Shown: one piece after another, positions 1 through 10,491 of the stretch
Position numbering within the stretch: the first letter of the stretch is position 1
How the letters are laid out: every line of letters starts with the position of its first letter
Assembly: GCA_033549025.1 (NCBI GenBank)
Contig: JAWSUS010000001.1
Location: 171,685-235,684, forward strand
Reading direction: 5' to 3'
Origin: Desulfuromonadales bacterium
Lineage (GTDB): Bacteria > Desulfobacterota > Desulfuromonadia > Desulfuromonadales > SZUA-540
Length of the DNA: 64,000 nt
The notes under the pieces: generated by a model
The model's input: only the letters and a program-made list of their open reading frames with translations
Told to the model about the DNA's origin: nothing
The model's database searches: none
Program-made: the position numbers and the translations under genes

Positions 1-341
1 TCCTCGAGGATGGCGGAAGGGTGAATCCAGGCTCCTTCCATCACCCCTTTGGGCTCCGGATGAACGACCTTCAGGCGGGTCAGAATCTTGGCAAAGGCCA
101 GATAAGGGTTCTTGACCACCAGCAGGTTGAGTCCCGGCATCTCTACACCAGGCCCCACAATGACAGCCGAGGCACGGGTTGCCTTGGCCTTGGCGGCGTA
201 TTTGGGGTTGGCGAGAAAAGTGATATCGCCTTCACGGGCGGCATCGATGGGCGCGACCTGGCCGATCCGGATCGATTCATCCCCGAGAACAGAGCCTCCA
301 ACCAGATCGGCAAGCTCTCGAAGAGTTGCCGTCGTCGCCAT
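1..341 (-). CDS. lpxD: UDP-3-O-acylglucosamine N-acyltransferase, 5' part (runs off window start)
   Basis: Manual translation from ATG at 341: MATTATLRELADLVGGSVLGDESIRIGQVAPIDAAREGDITFLANPKY...KNPYLAFAKIL...IHPSAIL, the typical LpxD N-terminus. Follows bamA-skp as in the canonical operon. Confidence 0.93.
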   Translation of the reverse strand, partial: MATTATLRELADLVGGSVLGDESIRIGQVAPIDAAREGDITFLANPKYAAKAKATRASAVIVGPGVEMPGLNLLVVKNPYLAFAKILTRLKVVHPEPKGVMEGAWIHPSAILE

Positions 342-343
342 GA

Positions 344-871
344 TTACTTGCCACCCTGCTTTTTGAACTGGGCGTTGTAGCGCTCAATGACCTTGTCGGT
401 CAGATCGGCCGATTTATCGGCGTAAAGAACCGAGCTTTCAGATTTTTCAAAGACCATGGACATCCCCTCGCTGGCGCCGATTTCCTGCACGATCTTGAGC
501 AGATCTTCGATAATCTGGCGGGTGAAGTCGGCGTCTTTCTGCTGCAATTCTTCCTGAATGTCTTTGGTGAAACGCTGGAACTCCTTGAGCTTCTGCTGAT
601 AGTCGCGCTCCTTGGCGGAACGGGCATCGGCACTTAAAGCCATGGACTGTTTTTCCAACTCATCCTTGAGCTTCTTGATCTCTTCCTGGCGGACCTGGAT
701 CGTCCCTTCATAGTTTTTCACCGAGGCGGCGATTTTTTCCTTGGCGGCCTTGCCGGACTCGGAGAGGTTCAGGGCTTTTTGCAGATCGACATAGCCGACC
801 TTGACCTCAGCGAAGGCAGGGGCAGCAATCAGGGCAAAAACCAGCAGAAAGGGCACGAGCAATCTTTTCAT
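344..871 (-). CDS. skp: OmpH/Skp periplasmic chaperone
   Basis: Signal peptide, KVGYVDLQKAL motif, coiled coil, C-terminal DLTDKVI; between bamA and lpxD. Confidence 0.92.
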   Translation of the reverse strand: MKRLLVPFLLVFALIAAPAFAEVKVGYVDLQKALNLSESGKAAKEKIAASVKNYEGTIQVRQEEIKKLKDELEKQSMALSADARSAKERDYQQKLKEFQRFTKDIQEELQQKDADFTRQIIEDLLKIVQEIGASEGMSMVFEKSESSVLYADKSADLTDKVIERYNAQFKKQGGK

Positions 872-897
872 GTAAAACTCCTTTTTAGATAATAGGC

Positions 898-3141
898 TTA
901 AAAAAACCGACCGATGGAAAACTCAAACCGTGAACGATCCTCATCCTCTTTCGGATCCAGATTGTAGCCCCATTCAAGCCGCAAAGGCCCCATGGGGCTG
1001 TTCCAGCGAATTCCCCAGCCGGCGCTGTAGCGCATGCTGGAGAAATACTCTTCATCCTTGCTCCAGGCGTTGCCGATATCGAAGAAGAGCAGACCCTTAA
1101 AGCCGAGGTCCCGAATGAGCGGGAAGGTATATTCGGCATTGAAGAAAGTCTCTTTTTCGCCGCCGATAAAGTCACCGTTTTCGTCCTGCGGACCGACTTC
1201 CCGCGTTGAGAAGCCCCGCAGGGTGTTGATGCCGCCCAGAAAGAACTTTTCGTCGATGGGGATCTCTTCGGTGCTGCGCAGCTTGTGGACATAACCGACC
1301 TGCCCGTGGAGAGAGAAGACCGAACCCCATTTCCAGGGGAAGAAGACCCGGTGGTCGGCGATGTACTTGCTGAAATACTCTGTCCCCCCCAGACCGGCAA
1401 TTTCCCAGGAGATCTCCCCAAGGTGACCGCGGGTCGGATCGGGCCGATAGTCCGTCGTATTGAGGGAAAAGGAGGAAAAGAGGGACGACAGCGTGGAGCG
1501 GCCAGCTTGATCCTGCCAGTAAATGCTGGCAAAGGGATCGATATCGTATATTTCTTTCTCTTCGTAGCGATAGACGAAAAAGAGGCGGGTGTTTTCGGTC
1601 AGCGGGATGCCGAGCTTGATATCGCCCCCCGTCGTTTTTTTGGAGAAATCCGTATATTCGCGGTCGGTGTTATAGATGTCGCCGCCCAGGGCGAAATCCG
1701 TATCGAGAAAATAGGGGTCGAGGACCCCGAACTGATAGGTGGTCGTCGTGCCCCCCAGCGAAGCGGAGAGGTTCATGCGTAGCGCCCTCCCCAGAAAATT
1801 CTCCTGGGAAACGGAGCCCTGGGCGATAAAACCATCGACGGACGAGTAGCCGCCACCGATACTGAAAGTACCCGTCGGCTTCTCCTTGACCTCCACGTCC
1901 ACATCGAGATGAGCTTCGTCCTTACCCTTGCTGGTAGAGACATTCACCTCTTCGAAAAAGCCGAGGTTGTTGATCTTGCTCCGGCTCGACTTGATCAGGC
2001 TGGCGTTGTACAGCTCGCCTTCGAGCAGATGCATTTGCCGCCGGATGATCTTGTCCCGCGTCCTGGTATTGCCGGTAATGCGGATGCGGTCGATGCTGAC
2101 CTGAATCCCCTGCTCGATATCATAGAGAATATTGACCAGGCGCTCCTCATGATCAAGCCGGGTAACGGGCGAGACATTCACGTAGGCATAACCCTGATTG
2201 GCGTACAGATCGTTGAGGACCGTCACGTCGCCACGCAGGATTTCGCGACTGAAGACATCGCCCTGTTTGAGTTTGAACAGAGAAAAAAGTTCCCCTTTTT
2301 CGCGAAGGAGATCCCCCTGCAGCCTGATCTCGCCCACCCGGTACTGCTCGCCTTCCTCGATCTCAATCAGCACGTCCATGTACTCTTTGTCGTCGCTGAA
2401 GGTGATCTGGGGCTGCATGACCTTCACTTGGACATAGCCCTTGTTGTAATACTGGTCGGCGATGATTTCCAGGTCGATCTGTAGAACTTCTTCTCGGTAG
2501 GTGCCCCGATCGGTCAGCCAGGAAAGCCACCATTTTTCTTTGGTCTGGATGGCTTTCTTGAGTTCCTTGTCGGTAAAGACAGTGTTCCCCTGCAATTGAA
2601 TATTGCGAACCAGAACTTTCTGTCCTTCGGTGATCTCAAAGTGGACCGTGGCCTCATTGCGCTCGCCCGTTTCCACCCGAGGCTCGATGCGCACCCCGTG
2701 ATAGCCCTCTTCAATATAGGCGTTGCGAATGGCTTCGACGCTTTTCTCCAGAGTCTTGGGATGGAAGATGCTGGCCGAGCGAAAGGTAACCAGGGGGCGC
2801 AGTTTTTCTTCTTTAAGCTTCTTGTTGCCTGAAAAGACGACGCGCCGAACCAAGGGGCGTTCGACCACCCGGAATGAAAGAATCTGGCGATTACCTTCCT
2901 GTTCCAGTTCCGCGGCAATGTCGGAGAAGTGCCCCAGTTTGAAAATGGCCTTGACATCCCGGTCGATCGTCTCGGCGGACACGGTGCTACCGGCCTGAGC
3001 CGAGAGAACGGCCGTGATCGTCGAAAGCTGCACCCGCTGGTTTCCGCTGACGGCTACCTGATCGACCCTGTAATCCTCAGCCCAGCCTGCCATCGGCAAC
3101 AGAAACAACAGGACAAGTCCGATCAGCACTCTTCTGGTCAT
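898..3141 (-). CDS. bamA: Outer membrane protein assembly factor BamA
   Basis: Signal peptide (start chosen at MTRRVL), POTRA repeats (GN.. motifs), FFLGGINTLRGF loop motif, C-terminal FEFSIGRFF. Confidence 0.96.
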   Translation of the reverse strand: MTRRVLIGLVLLFLLPMAGWAEDYRVDQVAVSGNQRVQLSTITAVLSAQAGSTVSAETIDRDVKAIFKLGHFSDIAAELEQEGNRQILSFRVVERPLVRRVVFSGNKKLKEEKLRPLVTFRSASIFHPKTLEKSVEAIRNAYIEEGYHGVRIEPRVETGERNEATVHFEITEGQKVLVRNIQLQGNTVFTDKELKKAIQTKEKWWLSWLTDRGTYREEVLQIDLEIIADQYYNKGYVQVKVMQPQITFSDDKEYMDVLIEIEEGEQYRVGEIRLQGDLLREKGELFSLFKLKQGDVFSREILRGDVTVLNDLYANQGYAYVNVSPVTRLDHEERLVNILYDIEQGIQVSIDRIRITGNTRTRDKIIRRQMHLLEGELYNASLIKSSRSKINNLGFFEEVNVSTSKGKDEAHLDVDVEVKEKPTGTFSIGGGYSSVDGFIAQGSVSQENFLGRALRMNLSASLGGTTTTYQFGVLDPYFLDTDFALGGDIYNTDREYTDFSKKTTGGDIKLGIPLTENTRLFFVYRYEEKEIYDIDPFASIYWQDQAGRSTLSSLFSSFSLNTTDYRPDPTRGHLGEISWEIAGLGGTEYFSKYIADHRVFFPWKWGSVFSLHGQVGYVHKLRSTEEIPIDEKFFLGGINTLRGFSTREVGPQDENGDFIGGEKETFFNAEYTFPLIRDLGFKGLLFFDIGNAWSKDEEYFSSMRYSAGWGIRWNSPMGPLRLEWGYNLDPKEDEDRSRFEFSIGRFF

Positions 3142-3218
3142 CCAGATCACATCCTCACTAAAAACCTTCGAAAAATAGAGCATTATAGATTAAGTCCAAA
3201 AAGGGTGTAAATCAAAAA

Positions 3219-3908
3219 CTATTCCCGTATGCGGCCGTCTTCCATGCAGACCACGCGGTCAAGACGCGAGGCCAGCGTCTCGCTGTGGGTGACAATAATC
3301 ATGGTCAATCCTCTGGTCTGGTGCAGATGATTGAGAAGCCGGTAAATTTCATCGCTGGTGCCGCTGTCGAGATTACCGGTAGGCTCATCAGCCAACAGAA
3401 GACGGGGGCCCATGACCAGCGCCCGGGCAATGGCCACCCGCTGCTGTTCCCCCCCGGAGAGCTGGCCCGGCTTGTGCGTCAACCGATGAGACAGGCCAAC
3501 CTCTTCCAGCAGCCCCGCCGCCAGAGTTCTGGCTTCAGCCTTGGATCGACGGGCGATAAGCGCGGGCATCATGACATTTTCCAGGGCCGTGAATTCGGGA
3601 AGCAGTTGATGAAACTGAAAGACGAATCCCGCCGTCTGGTTCCGGAAGGCATCGAGGTCGCCGCCCTTGAGAGAAAAGACGTCGCGCCCTTCAACGGCTA
3701 CCCGTCCGGCAGTCGGCTGGTCGAGACCGCCGAGAATATGCATGAAAGTGGTCTTGCCGGCCCCCGAGGACCCGACAATGGCCACCCTTTCGCCCCGATG
3801 GATCCTCAGATCGATGCCGCGCAGGACATCCACCCGGCCACTGGCGGTCTGAAACGATTTCTGCAGACCGTCGACCTGGATCAATACGTCCGACTGCAGA
3901 TCATTCAT
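3219..3908 (-). CDS. lolD: Lipoprotein-releasing ABC transporter ATPase
   Basis: Walker [42 protein letters not shown]; overlaps the lolC/E stop. Confidence 0.92.
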   Translation of the reverse strand: MNDLQSDVLIQVDGLQKSFQTASGRVDVLRGIDLRIHRGERVAIVGSSGAGKTTFMHILGGLDQPTAGRVAVEGRDVFSLKGGDLDAFRNQTAGFVFQFHQLLPEFTALENVMMPALIARRSKAEARTLAAGLLEEVGLSHRLTHKPGQLSGGEQQRVAIARALVMGPRLLLADEPTGNLDSGTSDEIYRLLNHLHQTRGLTMIIVTHSETLASRLDRVVCMEDGRIRE

Positions 3909-5154
3909 AGCGCAGAGCCTCCGCCGGATCCATTCGGGCCGCCCGCCAGGCCGGATAGATCGTGGCCAGCAACGAAATGGTCATGGCTACCAGGACCACA
4001 GCCGTCACATCGGCGGAATGAACCACGGATGGGAAGCGGTCCATACCATAGACCGACTGATCGAAAATCTTCACCTTAAAGACCTGTTCGCACCATTTGA
4101 TGATCGGATCGGCGTTTTTGGCCAGAAAGAGCCCCAGCATGGTCCCCAGGGCAGTGCCAACGGTCCCGACGATGAGGCCTTCTAAGACAAAGATCTTCAT
4201 AATGCTGTGAGAGGTGGCGCCCATGGCCCGCAAGACAGCGATATCCTTGTGTTTTTCCATAACCACCATAATCAGGGTGGTGGCGATATTGAAGGCCGCA
4301 ACCAGCACGATGATTCCCAACACAATGAAAAGTCCGAGTTTTTCCAGCTTGAGGGCCGAGAGAAAGGAGCCGAACAGCTCCTCCCAGGAACGCACCATGT
4401 AGGGATAGGTAAAATCCTGGCGCAGCTCCGAGGCCACCAGGCGGGCGTTGTCGAAACTGTCGACCTCAACTTCGATGCCGCTCGCACTTTCCGGCAGATC
4501 GAAGAAGGTCTGGGCCTGGCCAAGGGAGACGTAGGCGAAGTAGGTATCCATGAAGCCGCCGCGATGCCGGAAAATGCCGACGATCTCAAAGGGCTTCATT
4601 TTGGGAATCATGCCGAAGGGGGTGATGGTGAACATCGGCGGAATGACGTTGAGCCGGTCACCGACGGCCACCCCCAGGGAAGTGGCGGTGTCGAGACCGA
4701 TGACGATGCCGGGGATGGAACGGTCACCCTGGTAGAGGAGATCTTCCACATCCTGGTCATCGACCGTGAGAAATTTCTGCACAAAAATCTTGTTCCCCGG
4801 TTCGATCCCCTTGACGTTGACGGCGGCGACGTTCCCGCGGGCCAGCAGCATGGCCTCCTTCGACACGAAAGGCGCCGCGCTGACCACGTGCGGTGAGACC
4901 GAAAGAGCTTTTTCGGTGATCTGGTCGTAATCCCGAATCTCCTTGCCGTGCGACTGGATAAGCACATGGGGAACATTGCCCAGGATCTGCTGACGGACAC
5001 CGTCGTGGAAACCGGTCATGACCGCCAGCACGACAATAAGGGCCGCCACGCCCAGCGTGACGCCGGCGATGGAGATGAAGGAGATGACCGAGATGAAGGT
5101 CTGTTTGCGCTTCGCCCGCAGATAACGCAGACTGACAAACCATTCGTAGCCCAT
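3901..5154 (-). CDS. lolC: Lipoprotein-releasing ABC transporter permease LolC/E
   Basis: [17 protein letters not shown]...AVMTGF N-terminus and [19 protein letters not shown]-terminus; start at MGYEWF. Confidence 0.9.
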   Translation of the reverse strand: MGYEWFVSLRYLRAKRKQTFISVISFISIAGVTLGVAALIVVLAVMTGFHDGVRQQILGNVPHVLIQSHGKEIRDYDQITEKALSVSPHVVSAAPFVSKEAMLLARGNVAAVNVKGIEPGNKIFVQKFLTVDDQDVEDLLYQGDRSIPGIVIGLDTATSLGVAVGDRLNVIPPMFTITPFGMIPKMKPFEIVGIFRHRGGFMDTYFAYVSLGQAQTFFDLPESASGIEVEVDSFDNARLVASELRQDFTYPYMVRSWEELFGSFLSALKLEKLGLFIVLGIIVLVAAFNIATTLIMVVMEKHKDIAVLRAMGATSHSIMKIFVLEGLIVGTVGTALGTMLGLFLAKNADPIIKWCEQVFKVKIFDQSVYGMDRFPSVVHSADVTAVVLVAMTISLLATIYPAWRAARMDPAEALRYE

Positions 5155-5164
5155 GAGGAATTCC

Positions 5165-5236
5165 GTGAGGGGTAAGGAGTAAGGAGCAAGGCGGCCGGGG
5201 CGAGATTCACACCTCGGCAAGGGCCTTGCTCCTCAC
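5165..5236. repeat. Intergenic heptamer-based inverted repeat
   Basis: Heptamer-like run GAGGGGT-AAGGAGT-AAGGAGC. GTAAGGAGCAAGGC (5179-5192) is 13/14 complementary to GCCTTGCTCCTCAC (5223-5236). Confidence 0.65.
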
Positions 5237-5240
5237 TGGA

Positions 5241-6725
5241 TTACTTGCTTTCCCGCCGCAGTTGGGGGAAGAGGATCACGTCGCGGATCGAGGCGGAGTC
5301 GGTGAGCAGCATCACCAGGCGATCGATGCCGATCCCTTCACCGGCCGTGGGCGGCAGGCCGTATTCGAGGGCACGGACATAGTCTTCGTCCATGGCATGC
5401 GCCTCTTCGTCGCCCGCCTCTTTTTCGGCAAGCTGTTTGGTGAAGCGATCCTTCTGATCGACCGGATCGTTGAGCTCGGAGAAGGCGTTGGCCAGCTCAC
5501 GGCCGACGATGAACAGTTCGAAGCGGTCCACAACTTCGGGGTTCTGCTCGTTTTTCCGGGACAGGGGCGAGACCTCGGTGGGGTACTCGGTGATAAAGGT
5601 CGGATTCCACAGATTGGGTTCGACGACCTCGTCAAAAATCTCGGTCAACAGCTTACCGAAGCCAATATGGTCGTCGAGTTCAAGGCCCAGACTCTTGGCG
5701 TAGGCCAGGGAACGATCCCGATCCTCAAGAATGGCTGGATCGATCTTTCCGTACTTGACAATGGACTCCTTCAGGGTCAGACGATCCCAGGGAGCCGTCA
5801 GATTCACCTCACGGCCGCCGTAGGTGAAAACCTGGCTGCCGACCACTTCCTGAGCCACGTGGCAGATGAGTTTCTCGGTGAAATCCATCAACTCCCGGTA
5901 GGTGGCATAGGCCTGATAGAACTCCATCATGGTGAACTCGGGGTTGTGCTGGATGGAGATTCCCTCGTTGCGGAAATTGCGGTTGATTTCAAAGACGCGC
6001 TCGAAACCACCGACCACCAGACGTTTGAGATAGAGCTCGGGCGCGATGCGCAGAAAGAGATCCATCTTGAGGGTGTTATGGTGGGTGACGAATGGCTTGG
6101 CCGTGGCGCCGCCGGCAATGGGCTGCATCATGGGGGTTTCGACTTCGAGGAAGTCGTGCTCTTCCATGTATTCACGGATAAGGCGGATGATGCGCGTGCG
6201 CTTCTGGAAAACCTCCCGGACCTCGGGGTTGACCATGAGGTCAAGGTAGCGCTGGCGATAACGGGTTTCGACATCGGTCAGGCCATGCCACTTTTCCGGC
6301 AAGGGCAGCAGGGATTTGGTCAGGATGCGAATCTGCTCGGCGCGAACAGACAGTTCGCCGGTCTTGGTGCGGAAAGGCTTGCCGGAAAAGCCGACGATAT
6401 CGCCGATATCGAGGCGCCGAAACTGTTCAAAGGCCTCATCCCCCACTTGATCGCGACCGACGTAGACCTGCAGGCGGCCCTTGCGATCCTGAACCTGGAT
6501 AAAGGCAGCCTTGCCGAAATCGCGGCGGGCCATGATGCGGCCGGCAAGCGTGTAATGATGCGGGCAGTCTTTCAACGCCTCGGCATCCTGGGTTTCGTGG
6601 GCGGCCATCACATCGGCGGAGGTGTGGGCCACCGGAAAATCATTGGCGTAGGGGTTGACCCCCTGCTGGCGCAGGTCGTCTATCTTGGTACGCCGCTGAA
6701 GCAGCAGATCGTTCAGTTCTTCCAT
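5241..6725 (-). CDS. lysS: Lysine--tRNA ligase (class II)
   Basis: [50 protein letters not shown]. Confidence 0.98.
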   Translation of the reverse strand: MEELNDLLLQRRTKIDDLRQQGVNPYANDFPVAHTSADVMAAHETQDAEALKDCPHHYTLAGRIMARRDFGKAAFIQVQDRKGRLQVYVGRDQVGDEAFEQFRRLDIGDIVGFSGKPFRTKTGELSVRAEQIRILTKSLLPLPEKWHGLTDVETRYRQRYLDLMVNPEVREVFQKRTRIIRLIREYMEEHDFLEVETPMMQPIAGGATAKPFVTHHNTLKMDLFLRIAPELYLKRLVVGGFERVFEINRNFRNEGISIQHNPEFTMMEFYQAYATYRELMDFTEKLICHVAQEVVGSQVFTYGGREVNLTAPWDRLTLKESIVKYGKIDPAILEDRDRSLAYAKSLGLELDDHIGFGKLLTEIFDEVVEPNLWNPTFITEYPTEVSPLSRKNEQNPEVVDRFELFIVGRELANAFSELNDPVDQKDRFTKQLAEKEAGDEEAHAMDEDYVRALEYGLPPTAGEGIGIDRLVMLLTDSASIRDVILFPQLRRESK

Positions 6726-6763
6726 GAAATTCAACACCTTTCATCCCGGTTTGGCGAGGGGGT

Positions 6764-6792
6764 ACGATATACTCAGGGCGTCTTCAAGTCAA
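6764..6792 (-). promoter_or_regulatory. Candidate sigma70 promoter for lysS
   Basis: TTGACT-17 nt-TATCGT on the minus strand upstream of lysS. Confidence 0.45.
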
Positions 6793-6874
6793 GGAGCAAG
6801 GGCCAGTCGCCCCACTACATCCAAAGACCACTGAAATCTCCCCAGAAAATGCGCCACCCTCTGCCTGAGCCGGC

Positions 6875-7970
6875 TTATTTTTTACTCAAAAGATAGGCTT
6901 CGATAAAGTCGTCTAGTTCCCCATCGAGAATCGCGTCGGTATTGCCCACCTCGTAGCCGGTTCGATGATCCTTGACAAGCCGATAGGGGTGCAGCACATA
7001 AGAGCGGATCTGGCTCCCCCAGCCGATTTCCTTCTTTTCGCCGGCAATGACCGAGGCCTCCTCTTCCTTCTTGCTCACCTCCATCTCATAGAGACGGGCC
7101 TTGAGCTGCTTGAGAGCCACGGCCCGGTTCTTATGCTGGGAGCGTTCGTTCTGGCAGGCCACGACAATACCGGAAGGGATGTGCGTAATGCGGATGGCCG
7201 AATCGGTCTTGTTGACGTGCTGGCCGCCCGCGCCGCTGGCCCGGTAGGTGTCGACCTTCAGATCTTTTTCGTTGATCTCGATCTCGATATCGTCGGAGAG
7301 CTCGGGAAAGACAAAGACCGAACAGAAGGAGGTATGACGACGGGCGTTCGCATCAAAGGGTGAGATGCGCACCAGGCGGTGGATCCCCATTTCGGCCCGC
7401 AGGTAGCCGTAGGCGTATTCCCCCTCGACATTGAAAGTGGCCCCTTTGACCCCGGCTTCATCGCCGGGTTGATAATCGGTGATCTCGGTGCGGAACCCCT
7501 TGCGTTCACAATAACGAAGGTACATGCGCAGCAGCATCTCGGCCCAATCCTGGGCTTCGGTGCCGCCAGCGCCGGCATTGATGCTGACGATGGCGCTGTT
7601 GGCGTCATGCTCGCCGGAAAGCATGCGGGCAAATTCCATCTTGGCGACTTTTTGCTGCAGATCAGGGAGAATCCCCTTGATCTCCTGCAGGGTCGCCTCG
7701 TCCTCCTCGGCTTCGCCAAGCTCGACCAGCACCTGCAGGTCCTCCAGTTCCTGGGCCGCTTCGTCCCAGGCGTCGACCCATTTCTGCAGGGAGGTACGCT
7801 CCTTGAGACGTTCCTGGGCCTGTTCCCCCCGGTTCCAGAAATCGGGATGGGCTATTTCCGCTTCCAGCTCGGCAATACGTTCTTTCTTGGTGTCAACGTC
7901 AAAGATACCTCCTCAGCTCTTCGAGCTTGAGCTTGATCTCTTTGAGTCCCTCTTTTTCATCACGAAACAT
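6875..7970 (-). CDS. prfB: Peptide chain release factor 2 (programmed +1 frameshift, ~364 aa)
   Basis: Segment 1, 7970-7902, is MFRDEKEGLKEIKLKLEELRRYL followed by in-frame TGA. The +1 frame continues DVDTKKERIAELE... into the ORF with the SPF tripeptide and GGQ motif. Confidence 0.97.
7898..7913 (-). promoter_or_regulatory. RF2 autoregulatory +1 frameshift site
   Basis: Minus strand AGGAGG-TAT-CTT-TGA-C: internal Shine-Dalgarno plus the CUU UGA C slippery stop, as in the canonical prfB signal. Confidence 0.96.
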
Positions 7971-8001
7971 GGTAAACCCCTTTTAAAAATTCAGGAGGGG
8001 G

Positions 8002-8030
8002 ATTATAGCGGCTGATGATCATTTCCACAA
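8002..8030 (-). promoter_or_regulatory. Candidate sigma70 promoter for prfB
   Basis: TTGTGG-17 nt-TATAAT on the minus strand, about 30 nt upstream of the ATG. Confidence 0.55.
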
Positions 8031-8056
8031 GGTTTCTTTCCCGGTTTCCAGACTGC

Positions 8057-9586
8057 TCAACCGCGCAATCTTCGGCGGGTACGCAAGAGCCAGAAAGTGC
8101 CGAGAATCAGGGCGAGAACGGGACCGACATCGCCGTAGCGGGTGTAGATGGTCGGCGTACTGCCCAGACCGACCTCTGCATTAAGATAGCCCCTTTCGAA
8201 AATCGGGGTCTGCCGGTCGATGACGCCGAGGGGAGAGATTACCGCCGAGATGCCGGTGTTGGCGGCCCGCGCCACCCAGACGCGGTTTTCGATGGCCCGG
8301 AAACGGGTCATGGCGAGGTGCTGATAAGGGGCGGAGGAACGGCCGAACCAGGCGTCGTTGGTAATATTGACCAGCAGGTCGCTGCCTCGGCGGACATAGT
8401 CGCGGGCCAGTTCGGGGAATATCCCCTCAAAGCACACAAGGGTGCCGAGTCGGGCACCGTTCATGGGCAGGGGGCTGATGAGGCCGGGGGAGAAATCGCC
8501 GACGCCCACCACCAGCTTGTCGATGAAAGGCAGGTAGGCGCCAAAGGGGACGTACTCCCCGAAGGGCACAAGATGGACCTTGTCGCTGCGCCCAAGAGTG
8601 TTGCCTTGCGCATCGAGCAGAAAAGCGCTGTTGAGATAGCGGAAAGAGCGATTGACAACCTGATAGGCAGGACTGCCGAAAAGCAGGAAGGCCTCGGTGT
8701 CCACCGGCACCGCCGCGACCTGCCCTGCCAGCTCCTCCCCTTCCTGAAAATAGAAGGGGGTGGCGCTTTCAGGCCAGAGGATCAGGTCAAGGTCGTCCTT
8801 GGCTGCCGCCTGCCGGGACAGCTGGCCGTACAGGGCCACCGTTTCAGCCTGATAGGCCGGGTCCCACTTGAGAGACTGGTCAATGTTCCCCTGAATCAGC
8901 CCGACACGCAACACCTTCTCGGGCGGGCGGTCAAAGGTTTGCAGGCGAAAATAGCCGTACCCCAAATTCAGACCCAGCAGCAGGAAAAAGACGCCCCACG
9001 CCCGCCAGGGCAGCGCAGGAATGAGGCCGATGCCCCGACGGCGCAAGGTCTGCGCCAGCACGGCATTGCTCAAAACAAGCAGAAAGCTGAGTCCATAGAG
9101 CCCGAAAAGATCCGCCGACTGCAGGACAAGCAGATGGTTCTGGGAATAACCGAGGGAGGCCCAGGGGAAACCGGAGAGCATAAAAGAGCGGGCAAATTCC
9201 AGCGCCACCCACAGCACAGGCAGGGTCAGGGTAATCGACAAGTTGCTCTTTTCACGCAGGCGGCAGGCCGCCCAGGTGACGGTCGCAAAAAAAAGGGACA
9301 GGTAGGCGACGAGCAGCAGATAGGCGACCAGGGAAAAAACAGGAGCCAGCCTTCCGTAGGTCGTCATGACGATATTGAGCCAGTAGAGCACCACCCCAAA
9401 AAAGGCCATCCCTGCGGCAAAACCACTGCGGAAGGGCCTTTTGTCCATGACCAGAAAGAGCGGCACCAAAGCCACCCAGGCGAGCAGAGACAGGGAGGGG
9501 CGGGGAAAAGACAAAGCCAGCAGACCACCGGAAAGCGCCGAAATGGCCGTCACCCGATCGGGCAACAGGTGCCTCATCCTGCTCAT
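8057..9586 (-). CDS. lnt: Apolipoprotein N-acyltransferase
   Basis: Multiple TM helices, WPESA, KVHLVPFGEYVP, CFEGIFP, TNDAWFG, RAANTGISA. The start ATG overlaps the corC stop (ATGA). Confidence 0.95.
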   Translation of the reverse strand: MSRMRHLLPDRVTAISALSGGLLALSFPRPSLSLLAWVALVPLFLVMDKRPFRSGFAAGMAFFGVVLYWLNIVMTTYGRLAPVFSLVAYLLLVAYLSLFFATVTWAACRLREKSNLSITLTLPVLWVALEFARSFMLSGFPWASLGYSQNHLLVLQSADLFGLYGLSFLLVLSNAVLAQTLRRRGIGLIPALPWRAWGVFFLLLGLNLGYGYFRLQTFDRPPEKVLRVGLIQGNIDQSLKWDPAYQAETVALYGQLSRQAAAKDDLDLILWPESATPFYFQEGEELAGQVAAVPVDTEAFLLFGSPAYQVVNRSFRYLNSAFLLDAQGNTLGRSDKVHLVPFGEYVPFGAYLPFIDKLVVGVGDFSPGLISPLPMNGARLGTLVCFEGIFPELARDYVRRGSDLLVNITNDAWFGRSSAPYQHLAMTRFRAIENRVWVARAANTGISAVISPLGVIDRQTPIFERGYLNAEVGLGSTPTIYTRYGDVGPVLALILGTFWLLRTRRRLRG

Positions 9587-10470
9587 TCGCCGCTTTCCTG
9601 CAAAAACTCGGGAGACTCCCGGTGAACGCGTACCTTGCCGATCTTGCGCGAATCGCACTCGACCACCGTCATGTGCAGATCGCCGTCCCGCAACGCCTCC
9701 CCGCGCACCGGGATACGCCCAAGCAGATTGAAGACATAGCCGCCGACAGTATCGAACTTGTCCCGGGCTATCTCGATATCGAAATGCTCTTCGATTTCCT
9801 CTATATTCAGGCGGCCGTCAACGAGGACTGTCGACTCATCCTCTTCGACCAGCCATTCCTCTTCCAGGTCATACTCGTCCTGGATGTCTCCGACGATCTC
9901 TTCCAGCAGGTCTTCGATGGTAATCAGTCCGGAGGTCCCGCCATATTCATCGATGGCGATGGCAATATGGACACGCCGCGAGCGGAAATCCTGCAGCAGA
10001 TCTTCAATGTTTTTGGTTTCCGGCACGAAAAAGGGTGTGCGCATGACCTGCGCAATGTCGAGATCTTCGCTGCTACGACCCCAAAAACGTAAAAGGTCTT
10101 TGGCGTAGACCATGCCGACGATGCGATCGTTGCTCCCTTCGTAGATGGGAATACGCGAATGCCCTGAGGAAATGATGGCCTCCAGCAATTCATCGAGGCT
10201 GGCCGTCAGGCTGCAACAGACCATATCGGTGCGCGGCACCATGACCTCACGCACAATGGTGTCGCCAAACTCGAAGATGGAGTGGAGCATGTCCCCCTCC
10301 CCTTCGTTGATCAGCCCTTCTTCTTCGGACTGTTCGATAATATCCTGCAAGTCTTTTTCGGTCATGGGCCGCCGGCGACCGAACAGCAGGCCGCGAAGGC
10401 CTGTCATCCACGAGGGCGGTTTGTCATGGGGACTGTCATCGTCCACGGAAATTCTCCTTGAATCTGTCAT
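9583..10470 (-). CDS. corC: CBS/CorC-HlyC domain protein (Mg/Co transport-associated)
   Basis: VREVMVPRTDM, GHSRIPIY, IDEYGGTSGLITIEDLLEEIVGDIQDEYD, FDTVGGY; usual phoH-ybeY-corC-lnt context. Confidence 0.88.
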   Translation of the reverse strand: MTDSRRISVDDDSPHDKPPSWMTGLRGLLFGRRRPMTEKDLQDIIEQSEEEGLINEGEGDMLHSIFEFGDTIVREVMVPRTDMVCCSLTASLDELLEAIISSGHSRIPIYEGSNDRIVGMVYAKDLLRFWGRSSEDLDIAQVMRTPFFVPETKNIEDLLQDFRSRRVHIAIAIDEYGGTSGLITIEDLLEEIVGDIQDEYDLEEEWLVEEDESTVLVDGRLNIEEIEEHFDIEIARDKFDTVGGYVFNLLGRIPVRGEALRDGDLHMTVVECDSRKIGKVRVHRESPEFLQESGE

Positions 10471-10491
10471 GTTATGACCGCCTGCGGGCGG

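Noticed and set aside
6875..7970. prfB as a frameshifted pseudogene
   Set aside because: The break coincides with the canonical programmed frameshift signal.
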